From a virus, in the IMG/VR virus record IMGVR_UViG_3300047160_014297, positions 1 through 60,892 of that record: DNA of 60,892 nt. One strand, 5' to 3'. Both the position numbers and the translations under genes were made by a program. Under the pieces are notes generated by a model. The model had not been told where the DNA came from and did no database searches. It saw nothing but the letters and a program-made list of their open reading frames with translations. Below are positions 1-8,056 of this stretch, one piece after another (positions within the stretch are counted from its first letter, which is position 1; every line of letters begins with the position of its first letter).

Positions 1-64
1 GTCATTTGCGGGCATGACATCATGCTGCACAGGCCCGAGGACGACTGGCCTTGCGATGTCTGTT
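1..64. repeat. 64-bp terminal direct repeat (identical to 60829-60892); marks circular closure or terminal redundancy of the contig
   Basis: Read directly: gtcatttgcgggcatgacatc...gcgatgtctgtt occurs at both window ends. Confidence 0.95.
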
Positions 65-123
65 CTTGCCCTGGATACAGTGATGGCGATGTCGAATTTA
101 CGGAGCGGACATGCTTTCAATAA
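1..123 (+). CDS. C-terminal part of a junction-spanning ORF (starts at 60688); small Cys/His-rich protein
   Basis: The frame is continuous through the 64-bp overlap. Translation is VICGHDIMLHRPEDDWPCDVCSCPGYSDGDVEFTERTCFQ, with stop TAA at 121-123. Confidence 0.45.
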   Translation, partial: VICGHDIMLHRPEDDWPCDVCSCPGYSDGDVEFTERTCFQ

Positions 124-150
124 CCCCACAGAATAGGGAGAAAGTTCCAG

Positions 151-318
151 ATGAGCCGAAGCCGGATTCCATCGGTTAGAACCAACACCGTCGAGGAGGT
201 GAGTAACGAAGACACTGAGTTCTCTATATCCACCGCCATGGATGAACAATTAACCGACCGGTATTGCCGGTGGTGGTGCCGAACGGGGCGGGAGCGTCGG
301 CGATGTTTTGTTCGGTGA
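151..318 (+). CDS. Hypothetical 55-aa protein (below the ORF-track cutoff)
   Basis: ATG at 151 with AGGGAG 10 nt upstream and TGA at 316-318. There is no recognisable domain. Confidence 0.25.
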   Translation: MSRSRIPSVRTNTVEEVSNEDTEFSISTAMDEQLTDRYCRWWCRTGRERRRCFVR

Positions 319-369
319 ACGGATTGCCGATGTTTTGCCGGGTACGGTCGAGATAAGGGACATAAGGCA

Positions 370-630
370 ATGAACTGTCCGGATTGCGGGTCATGCCGGG
401 TGAAGGTGACCGACACCAAACGCCCGTCGACGGTCGAAAAGAGTCGGACGTCCGACCTGGAGAGATTGCTCGGTAGTCACAACGGAGTGGCCCGGCGCCG
501 GCGTTGTGAAGGTTGCGGCAACATGTGGACCACACTGGAGCTGGCTGTGGAAGTGCCACCGGCAACCTACAGTAGCCAGTACAAGAAAGGGTATGACTCG
601 CGACGGAAGCAGTGGAGACCACATGTTTGA
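370..630 (+). CDS. NrdR-like zinc-ribbon protein (no ATP-cone)
   Basis: MNCPDCGS..V.DT...RRRRCEGCGNMWTTLE matches the NrdR N-terminal CxxC...RRRR.CxxC..(F/W)TT.E pattern. Its stop overlaps the ATG at 623 (ATGTTTGA). Confidence 0.6.
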   Translation: MNCPDCGSCRVKVTDTKRPSTVEKSRTSDLERLLGSHNGVARRRRCEGCGNMWTTLELAVEVPPATYSSQYKKGYDSRRKQWRPHV

Positions 631-2014
631 ACGGTTTGAGAGATGTCCGGGTTGTGAGTCGACGTACTGTGCGATACCGGTGGATGGGCCGGACCACGCC
701 ACGGTTCTCTGTTTGGGGGAGAGGCCGGGTCAGGACGAGGAGCGAGCAGCAAGATCGGGAGTAGGCCGGTGTTTCATTGGGCAGGCCGGAATGGAATTCA
801 ATGACAATTATCTACATCTTGCTGGGTTGGACAGGGATAGGGTTCGGGTTGGCAACGTTGTACGGTGTGGCAAGGATCAGAATCGAACACCGACTCAAGA
901 CGAGATTAGAAGGTGCTCCGAATGGTTCCTGCCTGGAGAATTGGATCGTGGCCCGAGTGTGGTTGTTCTTATGGGGGCAAGCGCATGTCGACTGGTGCCG
1001 GATATCGAGCTGGACCGGGACCATGGAAGGCCACGATGGGGAGAGATATTCGATTGGGAAGGTTGGGTCGTACCGATGTACCATCCCGCGCGAGGGTTAC
1101 ATGATACCGGGTGGATCGGCCCGATGATCGAGGATTGGGAAAATCTGGGTGAGTGGTTGCAGAAGGACGAGTGGGTGTGGCCGGAGGACGAGTATCCCAA
1201 CCCGGATTATCGATTGTGCGAAGCGCCGGAGGATTTGGATCGGTACTTCATCAACCATGGCGCGTCGATGAACGAGGCGTCGATGAACGAGGCTGTTGTT
1301 TCCAGGCCACTGCTGGGAGTGGACACCGAATCCGACAACGGTACTCCATACAGCATCCAGATCAGTTCGAAACCGGGGACCGCACGTATGGTGCTGGCCA
1401 GCAACCGGCAATTGCTGCAGCAACTAGGTTGGCATATCAGCCAGTACATGTGGGTCTACCACCAAGCTGGGGCGGACATGTGGATCGAGAAGCCACTGAT
1501 GATGCCGGGCCACGTCTTCCAGGATACGATGCGTGAGGCGTACAACCTACATTTACCGCAAGGGTTGAAAGAGCTGTCGTTTAGACAGTTCGGCACACGA
1601 ATGCAGTCGTGGGAAGATCTGGTGACAGGGCCGTCACGGCAAGCGTTAACGGGGTGGCTGGTCGAGCGGATTATGGAAGAACAAGACCGTCCGATCGTCC
1701 AGGAAGTTCAGTTAAAAACGAAAGTGAAACGTGTGTCTAAGCCGAACTCCTGGGAAAAGATGTACCAGCATGCGTTGAAGCACATGGAGTCGGACAGTTA
1801 TGACCCGTGGAAGTACCTGGACGAGAGACTGGATGCGCGTGTGACGATGCCACGGAAAAGTATTGTTCATGCACCAATCGAGGATCAGGTCCGGTACGCG
1901 TGTAGAGATGCGGATTTGACGTTACGGAATGCGTTGAAGTTTGAAGAGATCCGACGGTCAATAGTAGCTGGGGGTGGCCAGTGGTACGTCGACCCCAGTG
2001 ATTGGGATAGGTAG
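623..2014 (+). CDS. DNA polymerase A, N-terminal piece: family-4 UDG-like domain plus 3'-5' exonuclease domain
   Basis: UDG-like motifs GERPGQDEE and YHPARGL with an N-terminal CPGC. Exo motifs are GVDTESD (ExoI) and YACRDADL (ExoIII). Start is placed at ATG 623 (GGAG 5 nt upstream, coupled to the upstream stop) rather than the track start at 506. Ends at TAG 2012-2014. Confidence 0.85.
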   Translation: MFERFERCPGCESTYCAIPVDGPDHATVLCLGERPGQDEERAARSGVGRCFIGQAGMEFNDNYLHLAGLDRDRVRVGNVVRCGKDQNRTPTQDEIRRCSEWFLPGELDRGPSVVVLMGASACRLVPDIELDRDHGRPRWGEIFDWEGWVVPMYHPARGLHDTGWIGPMIEDWENLGEWLQKDEWVWPEDEYPNPDYRLCEAPEDLDRYFINHGASMNEASMNEAVVSRPLLGVDTESDNGTPYSIQISSKPGTARMVLASNRQLLQQLGWHISQYMWVYHQAGADMWIEKPLMMPGHVFQDTMREAYNLHLPQGLKELSFRQFGTRMQSWEDLVTGPSRQALTGWLVERIMEEQDRPIVQEVQLKTKVKRVSKPNSWEKMYQHALKHMESDSYDPWKYLDERLDARVTMPRKSIVHAPIEDQVRYACRDADLTLRNALKFEEIRRSIVAGGGQWYVDPSDWDR

Positions 2015-2016
2015 CG

Positions 2017-3501
2017 ATGGCGTTATTTGGCGGGGTGACAATGCCGGGGAGGCCTGACCCTGAGAACGTCAGGAAGTTGGATCTGTTACCTGTCCCGTTA
2101 ACGATGCGGATGGAACGGGTCGGGTTCGCCATCGACATACCGTACCTCCATGAATTGGAGCTGCAGTTGGACCGCGAGATGAAAACGTTACGCGAGGAAA
2201 TCTGTAGTTACATTCCCGAGGAGAAATTGGACGAGTTTATTGGGAGGTCGAAACTCGATGACGATGATTACCTGCCGATGAACGTCAATTCAAGGGATCA
2301 GTTGTCGGTGCTGTTGTTTGACGTGCTGGGGGTGGGGTCGGGCCGGAAGTTGAAGATGACCAAGTCCGGCACCAGGGTCAGTACAGGCAAGAAGCAACTG
2401 GAATCGTTGAAACGCGGTAGTAGGGTGGTTCAAGCAAGTTTGGACTACGCGGAGAGATTCAAATTAAAGAACACGTACGCGGTTAAAATGCCGCAGGCGG
2501 CGAAACTCCACCCACGAGGTAACGATTGTCCGGTTTGTGAGTTGAGTCACGTAGAGTCTACGTTACGTGTCCATACCACTCTGTTGGACACACGTACAGA
2601 CACAGGCAGGTACGCCAGTAAAAATCCCAACCTCCAGAATTTGCCAGTGCGTACGGCACTTGGCAGGGCTGTACGTGCAGGATTCGTGGCAAGTCCGGGC
2701 AAGCTTCTGGTATCTAGTGATTACAGTCAGGAAGAGATGCGTATTGGTGCTCATTATAGTCAGGACCCGGCCCTGATGGAGATCTTTCGGAAAGGTTTGG
2801 ACCCACACCTCGTGACAGCAATGAAGGTGTTCAAATTGACAGACGCCGACATACCGTCCAAAAAGGATGAATCAGCGTGCAACGAGTTCAAACTCAGTTA
2901 CAGGGACCCCAGTCGGCACTTGAACTTCGGCATATTTTACGGGTTGTCACCGATGGGGCTGGCGGATCAGGTGGCGGTAACCTACGCTACCGCGGGTAGA
3001 GAGTTGCCCGACGAGATTAACGAAGAGTGGGCCGAAAAAGTGATCGAGGATTGGTACGACGCGTATGAAGGTGTCAAAACTTACATCGAGCAACAACATT
3101 ATCGTGCAAGACGCTATGGGATTGTGTGGACCCTTTTCGGAAGAGTACGTCGGGTGCCTGAGACTCGTTCTGTACATTCGAGAGTACACGCAGCCGGACT
3201 ACGACAGTCTGGCAATACTCCGATCCAGGGGACTGGCGCCGACATTATGCGACTCACCATGGGGGCCATGGCCGCCCATCCAGAGATTGCTCAGTTACAG
3301 GATTCAGGGGTACACGTGGAACCAGTGCTCACGATCCACGATGATTTGATCTACGAGGTGGACGAGGATTACGCGTCGATGGTGGGGATGATTCTACAGG
3401 AGGTGGAGAGGGAATTGTTGAGGGACAAGGACACGGGAGAGTACTTGTTTAGGGTTCCGTTAGAGGCGGATGCGAAAATCATGACGAGGTGGCAAAAGTA
3501 A
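2017..3501 (+). CDS. DNA polymerase A, polymerase (palm/fingers/thumb) piece
   Basis: Motif A is SSDYSQEEMRI, motif B is RHLNFGIFYGLS, motif C is IHDDLIYEV, and RVHTT..DTGRYASKNPNLQNLP is also present. It starts 2 nt after the TAG of the exonuclease ORF, in a different frame. Confidence 0.92.
   Translation: MALFGGVTMPGRPDPENVRKLDLLPVPLTMRMERVGFAIDIPYLHELELQLDREMKTLREEICSYIPEEKLDEFIGRSKLDDDDYLPMNVNSRDQLSVLLFDVLGVGSGRKLKMTKSGTRVSTGKKQLESLKRGSRVVQASLDYAERFKLKNTYAVKMPQAAKLHPRGNDCPVCELSHVESTLRVHTTLLDTRTDTGRYASKNPNLQNLPVRTALGRAVRAGFVASPGKLLVSSDYSQEEMRIGAHYSQDPALMEIFRKGLDPHLVTAMKVFKLTDADIPSKKDESACNEFKLSYRDPSRHLNFGIFYGLSPMGLADQVAVTYATAGRELPDEINEEWAEKVIEDWYDAYEGVKTYIEQQHYRARRYGIVWTLFGRVRRVPETRSVHSRVHAAGLRQSGNTPIQGTGADIMRLTMGAMAAHPEIAQLQDSGVHVEPVLTIHDDLIYEVDEDYASMVGMILQEVERELLRDKDTGEYLFRVPLEADAKIMTRWQK
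2550..2562. repeat. Palindrome copy CGTAGAGTCTACG (inside the polymerase gene, read as VEST)
   Basis: Read directly. The extended form is cACGTAGAGTCTACGTtacgtg. Confidence 0.95.
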
Positions 3502-3986
3502 TGGACATCGAGATCTGGAGTGAGAAACATGGACCATGCCGAGTGTGGCTGGCACTACGTTTGAAGGCACTTAAAAGTAAGTGGCCACACTTGAAGTTTC
3601 AGTCCGCACCTTTCACTCAGGCGCCGACGTCGGGTAGTTACCCGGTTTACGTGTCCTATCTGGTGGCGCCGTTCGTGTACGAATCCGGGTCGGGCGAGTA
3701 CCTACGACGTGACATGAGTGACGCCAGGGTGCCAATCATGATGACCAAGGACGAAATGAGCGGCGGCCGGAAGCTGGCGATTTATGAACAACGGAAACTG
3801 GAAGCGGTACACGCACTGTTTGACATGATCGAAACGAACAAGATACCACGTGGTGGAGATAGGTGGTCAGAGGCAACGTACTGGGGAACATTGGCGGATC
3901 TGTTTCCCGACAACACAGAGCAATTTCCCAATAAAAAGATAGAAAGGCGGACAAATGGCGAAATCAGAACCGAAACCGAAAACTGA
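3501..3986 (+). CDS. Hypothetical protein
   Basis: ATG overlaps the polymerase stop (TAATG). A GTG at 3489 is an alternative start. Confidence 0.6.
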   Translation: MDIEIWSEKHGPCRVWLALRLKALKSKWPHLKFQSAPFTQAPTSGSYPVYVSYLVAPFVYESGSGEYLRRDMSDARVPIMMTKDEMSGGRKLAIYEQRKLEAVHALFDMIETNKIPRGGDRWSEATYWGTLADLFPDNTEQFPNKKIERRTNGEIRTETEN

Positions 3987-4386
3987 AAGAAAGAATCTAC
4001 CGGACGTGCTGGATTGTCTGGAAGATTCCAAGGATGACATGCAACGGGCGATCCGCTGTTTGGAACGTGCCCACCAGATCAAACTGATACTGGGTAGTGA
4101 ACGGGACAAACGAACAGGTAAACCCGAGTATGGCGACAAAAACTACGGGTTACTTGCGGAGCTGGAAGATCTGAAAGACGAGTTGAAAATGATTCAGGTC
4201 GCTAACGATTTGGAAGGGTTGAGGCACGGCCGGTTAGGGTCGGCCAGTATCGAGATGGACGGCAGACAGTATTTAGATCCGAAGTTGTTGATGGAAGCCG
4301 GAGTGACCGCCGCACAGATCGTCAAAGGGACCAAGCAAGGGGATAGCTATTATCAGACGACGCTATGGGAGATCAAGTCGGCCTAA
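3955..4386 (+). CDS. Hypothetical protein (charged, coiled-coil-like)
   Basis: 143-aa ORF and the last gene of the plus arm. Its stop overlaps the convergent stop of the tailspike gene. Confidence 0.6.
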   Translation: MAKSEPKPKTERKNLPDVLDCLEDSKDDMQRAIRCLERAHQIKLILGSERDKRTGKPEYGDKNYGLLAELEDLKDELKMIQVANDLEGLRHGRLGSASIEMDGRQYLDPKLLMEAGVTAAQIVKGTKQGDSYYQTTLWEIKSA

Positions 4387-6461
4387 CGAACCCGCCGTGC
4401 GCGGATCTGACCGTACGCTTTCAGGAAACTGATCGTGAAATTGCCCTGAGCCACCAAGTATGCCGTGAACGGTCCAGCCGTGTTGATACGCAAGATCGGA
4501 GTTGGTATAGCTGGATCGGTCAACCCACCAGGAACGACGGCCGGGGTCTCGATGATGGCGACTGAGTCCCGGCCGCCGATCACTGTCGATACTGTCGATA
4601 TCCCCACGATCAGAATGGTGTAGCTGGTTGATGGGTCAAAGTTGAAACTGGCAACACCGGACACGTCCCAATCGCCTGCCGTTAGAGAGATGCTGACCAC
4701 GTTGGCAGGGGTGCCGTTGGAAAGCGAGATGGCACTACCTAACGCGATCTGGGCCGAAACGTATTCGCCGACATCACCGGCTGCGGCGTTGCTGGCGTCA
4801 GTAATACCGGGGATTGAAGCGGTAAACCCGGTGGCTCCGAACGAGTTCATGAACTTGCGGATGTAGGGGCCGCTCGACGTGTTGCTGTAATCAGCCCCAG
4901 CGTTACCGTAACTGTGATTGTGGGCAACAAGGATCGTGCCGGTAGTGCCGGAAGTGCCAGTCAGGGCCAGACCGACCCAGTTGTTGTAGGTGATGTTGCC
5001 GGTGACAGTGCCGTGACTGGTAGTACCGGCCATCTCGATACCACTGGGGCCGGAACCCACAAGGGCTCCGACAACGGTGTTATTAGCAACAGTGAACCGT
5101 GTGGTGTTGGTGAGCAGAATCCCGTCACCGAGAGCCCCGGAGCCACGAGGCGTATCGACGAAGTTGTTCGTAATACGAATATCCGTGGACTGGCCGTCGG
5201 TAATACCCCGTGTTCCTGGACTATAGACCTGATTCGAGTCGATGGTGATTCCCGTAGAAAATCCACAAGCAATGCCTTGATTATTACCGTGATCCGATAT
5301 ATTGCCAATCACACTGACATTCGAAGACCCCGGCAGTATCTCGATAGATGCCACGCCCGGCGTGACCGAGTCGGCCGAATCATTGAAGCTGCGATTGTTG
5401 GATATTACAGATCTGGAAGCAAAGGATTCGATGCCGTCGATCGCGTTATGTTCGGTGTAATTGCCGTGAACCAGGATGTCCGTGGTGCCGGTGCCACAGA
5501 AGATACCGGACCAGCTCGCATGGGTGACCTTACAGTTGAGAATACTGATGTTGGCAGAGTCGTGGCCGGGGGAGATGCCGAACGTAGTGCTGCCTGCTCC
5601 AGTACCGGAATACGGCCCTTTCACGTACAGGTCACGGACAGTAACGCCGGTTGATGAGGGTGAAATAAAGACAACAGCGGAGGCCGAGCCGCCCCAATCT
5701 GGAGGGAATGGTAGATCAGATGGGGCGTGAATGGTGGAGTCCCAACCCGACCCGACCAGGGAAACACCCGATGGAACACGTAGGAAATTGGAGACTTTGT
5801 AGGTACCCGGTGGCATGTAGACGCGTGCACCTGTTACTGAGGCGTCGTTCAGGGCCGATTGGATCGCAAAGGTGTCGTCGGATGATCCGTCACCGTGGGC
5901 AAGGTACGGTACTGATCGGACATCCAGTTGGATCTGGGCTTCGTCGAATCCAGAAACAGCGGGTAGGGTGAAGGGTGATGTAATGCCAGTACCTGAGAAT
6001 TGAATATTGTACGCACCGTTGGGGGCGTAGAAGCCCCAGTTACCGAGGTTGTCCGCTGTAAAGGGGTTGGAGAGGGGAGTACCTTGATTGTCGGAATAGA
6101 TCTGGGCCAACGGTATACTGGAGGCCACGCCACCGGATGACGAGCCATTCGCGCCAGCCTGTGCCCAAACCAGTGAAGTGCCGGAGTAACTTCCTATAAC
6201 GAACGCACCGTTGAAGGAGGAGTCGGGGACGGCGGTAACGTTGACGGTCTGGCCGGTTGCGAACCCCAAACCGGACGGTACGGTTGCCGTTACGATACTG
6301 GATGATCGGGTAATTGCGGATATCGCTGCGGATATCGTGGTGGACGAGAACACAGTGACGGTGGCACCCGGAAAGGAACCTTGGACCAGAGTGGTAGATT
6401 GAAGTCCGGAGGTGTGGACTTTGGTGTTACCTTGCTGGGCGAAACCATAAATTCTCTGCAT
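4383..6461 (-). CDS. Tailspike or depolymerase with a pectate-lyase-3-type right-handed beta-helix
   Basis: The motif YLAHGDGSSDDTFAIQSALNDA...VYMPPGTYKV is a Pectate_lyase_3-type N-terminal signature. It is followed by many NxxxG-type beta-helix rungs. The gene sits at the terminal position of the late operon. Confidence 0.8.
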   Translation of the reverse strand: MQRIYGFAQQGNTKVHTSGLQSTTLVQGSFPGATVTVFSSTTISAAISAITRSSSIVTATVPSGLGFATGQTVNVTAVPDSSFNGAFVIGSYSGTSLVWAQAGANGSSSGGVASSIPLAQIYSDNQGTPLSNPFTADNLGNWGFYAPNGAYNIQFSGTGITSPFTLPAVSGFDEAQIQLDVRSVPYLAHGDGSSDDTFAIQSALNDASVTGARVYMPPGTYKVSNFLRVPSGVSLVGSGWDSTIHAPSDLPFPPDWGGSASAVVFISPSSTGVTVRDLYVKGPYSGTGAGSTTFGISPGHDSANISILNCKVTHASWSGIFCGTGTTDILVHGNYTEHNAIDGIESFASRSVISNNRSFNDSADSVTPGVASIEILPGSSNVSVIGNISDHGNNQGIACGFSTGITIDSNQVYSPGTRGITDGQSTDIRITNNFVDTPRGSGALGDGILLTNTTRFTVANNTVVGALVGSGPSGIEMAGTTSHGTVTGNITYNNWVGLALTGTSGTTGTILVAHNHSYGNAGADYSNTSSGPYIRKFMNSFGATGFTASIPGITDASNAAAGDVGEYVSAQIALGSAISLSNGTPANVVSISLTAGDWDVSGVASFNFDPSTSYTILIVGISTVSTVIGGRDSVAIIETPAVVPGGLTDPAIPTPILRINTAGPFTAYLVAQGNFTISFLKAYGQIRARRVR

Positions 6462-8056
6462 TACTTTGCCATCACAGTCCAGTTCGTACCGTCACAGTAA
6501 GCCAGGACATGATTGGTGCCCGAGCCGGTGATGACAGCGCCCCACGTATTGGTCATCGAATCGTTGACGGCACGCATGGACCCTTCGGTGCCGCCACCGC
6601 AACCGGGCAGGACTGAGAATGCTACCGCGGTCGACTGGACCATACCGTTAATGGAAAGGGTAGGGTTGGGACCTTGGTTGGCTCCGGTAAACATCGTGAT
6701 GCCGTCATTGGAACCATTGGCGGTAGGGGACAACTGCATGAATGCTTTGTCACCGGCAGCGACCGTGTTGCGGAGGACGCCGACTGTGGATTCCCAGTCG
6801 AGCCGGATTTTATTGGTGCCACTGGCAACGAGGTTCAACGTTGGTGTATTGACAAGAGTCGAGAACAGACCGTTGGTACCGTTGACCGTCGAGGTCGTCA
6901 AGTTGGCCGCGCCAGTTATCGATCCGAGATAGACGTCCGTAACTGAGACGTTGCCGATCACACAGGTATTTGAGGTGTGGGCCAGTGCCGATGTCCCTAA
7001 GATACAAGTGTTGGAAAGTTGGGTGGTTGAGTCCGCACCGGTACCAAACCCGACCCATGTATTGAATTGACCGGTCAGGTTGGCGTTAGCGGGTGTTGCC
7101 GTGATGCCAGAGTTCATGCCAACCAATGTGTTGAACGATGCCGTGGTGTTGAAGTAACCGGCACCAAACCCCAGGAATGTGTTGTCGTTGCCGGTGGTGT
7201 TGTTGTTACCGGCAGTTTGGCCGTCCGCTGTGTTTTGAGAGCCGGTGGAGTTCGTGACGAGACATTGGTCGCCGGTACAGGTGTTGTTATTGCCGGTCGT
7301 GGTCGAGACCAGAGCGGAGTGGCCGACACCGGTGTTGTTGGAACCGGACGTTAAGGTTCCGAGGGCAGCAGCACCGACCGCGGAGTTGTTGGAGGTGGAG
7401 TTGGCGTTCACGAGAGTGTGCCAGCCGATCGCGATGTTGTCGGTACCGTTGCCACCAGCTGAACCGAGGGTTTGAAGGGCCAGGGAGCCTAGTGCCGTGT
7501 TGCCGCCATTGTTGCCGATACCGTTACATGAGAAGTACCCGATACAGGTGTTCTCGGCCGAATTCACATTGTGCTGGAGGGCGTTGAAACCCATGGCGAC
7601 GTTGGCTAGGGACTGGTTCTGGGTCTGGGTGGACATGGCGCCGATACCAACAGCAGTGTCGGTGTTGTCGGATCGGATCAAGGCGGGGGCGACCCGGTCG
7701 GCCAGCGTGAAGGCGGATGGGATACCGGCTTGATCGAGCTGGACGTTGTAATGGGAGCCACCGGTGCCGTAGAAGAACCACTGGCCGGACGTGTTGGCGA
7801 AGAATGGGTTAGAGAGAGCAGTGCCTTGGTTGTCGGAGAAAACGGTCGCGACCGTGCCAGTACCGTAGTTGAAGACAGTGATGCGGCACGATGGGTAGGA
7901 AAGCTGGACACGGTTGGACGAACGGATGCCGGAGGTTATGGCTTGCTGGTTGCCGTTCTCACAGAACCCCGAGATTAGAGTGTAGATGGGAGTCTGGGAG
8001 TGAACCGTGGAAGTAAGAAGTAAAAGTGAGAATAAGGTTAAGAGTAATCGTTTCAT
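6461..8056 (-). CDS. Tail-fibre-like protein with a Sec-signal-like N-terminus and NT/NS-rich repeats
   Basis: N-terminus is MKRLLLTLFSLLLLTSTVHSQ. It shares the SDNQGT.LSNPF.A..G.W.FY module with the tailspike. The central region has repeats of the NTA.G..AL type. ATGA overlap with the downstream gene. Confidence 0.7.
   Translation of the reverse strand: MKRLLLTLFSLLLLTSTVHSQTPIYTLISGFCENGNQQAITSGIRSSNRVQLSYPSCRITVFNYGTGTVATVFSDNQGTALSNPFFANTSGQWFFYGTGGSHYNVQLDQAGIPSAFTLADRVAPALIRSDNTDTAVGIGAMSTQTQNQSLANVAMGFNALQHNVNSAENTCIGYFSCNGIGNNGGNTALGSLALQTLGSAGGNGTDNIAIGWHTLVNANSTSNNSAVGAAALGTLTSGSNNTGVGHSALVSTTTGNNNTCTGDQCLVTNSTGSQNTADGQTAGNNNTTGNDNTFLGFGAGYFNTTASFNTLVGMNSGITATPANANLTGQFNTWVGFGTGADSTTQLSNTCILGTSALAHTSNTCVIGNVSVTDVYLGSITGAANLTTSTVNGTNGLFSTLVNTPTLNLVASGTNKIRLDWESTVGVLRNTVAAGDKAFMQLSPTANGSNDGITMFTGANQGPNPTLSINGMVQSTAVAFSVLPGCGGGTEGSMRAVNDSMTNTWGAVITGSGTNHVLAYCDGTNWTVMAK

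Noticed and set aside
506-622. The track start (506) of the exonuclease/UDG ORF.
   Set aside because: It would overlap the NrdR-like gene by 125 nt with an implausible N-terminus. ATG 623 has a GGAG and is coupled to the upstream stop.
2012-2014. TAG reassignment (an alternative genetic code) as the explanation for the split polymerase and the in-frame TAG at 43237.
   Set aside because: Many well-supported genes end in TAG (for example at 4383, 39424, 47317, 47702, 48925, 52757 and 56924). The very long structural ORFs (1192, 1210, 734 and 691 aa) are uninterrupted under the standard code. The polymerase ORFs are also in different frames, with a stop at 2008-2010 in the downstream frame.
4914-5654. 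Long ORFs antisense to or overlapping the large structural genes, for example 4914..5654, 13251..13841, 17022..17573, 17137..17724, 16007..16546, 32401..32937, 35503..36018 and 49545..50033.
   Set aside because: They lie entirely inside longer ORFs with recognisable motifs or operon context. They are rich in Arg, Gly, Pro and Ser, typical of shadow frames in GC-rich DNA, and they lack SDs.
4383-8056. A diversity-generating retroelement acting on the fibre genes.
   Set aside because: No reverse transcriptase ORF and no template/variable repeat pair were seen.
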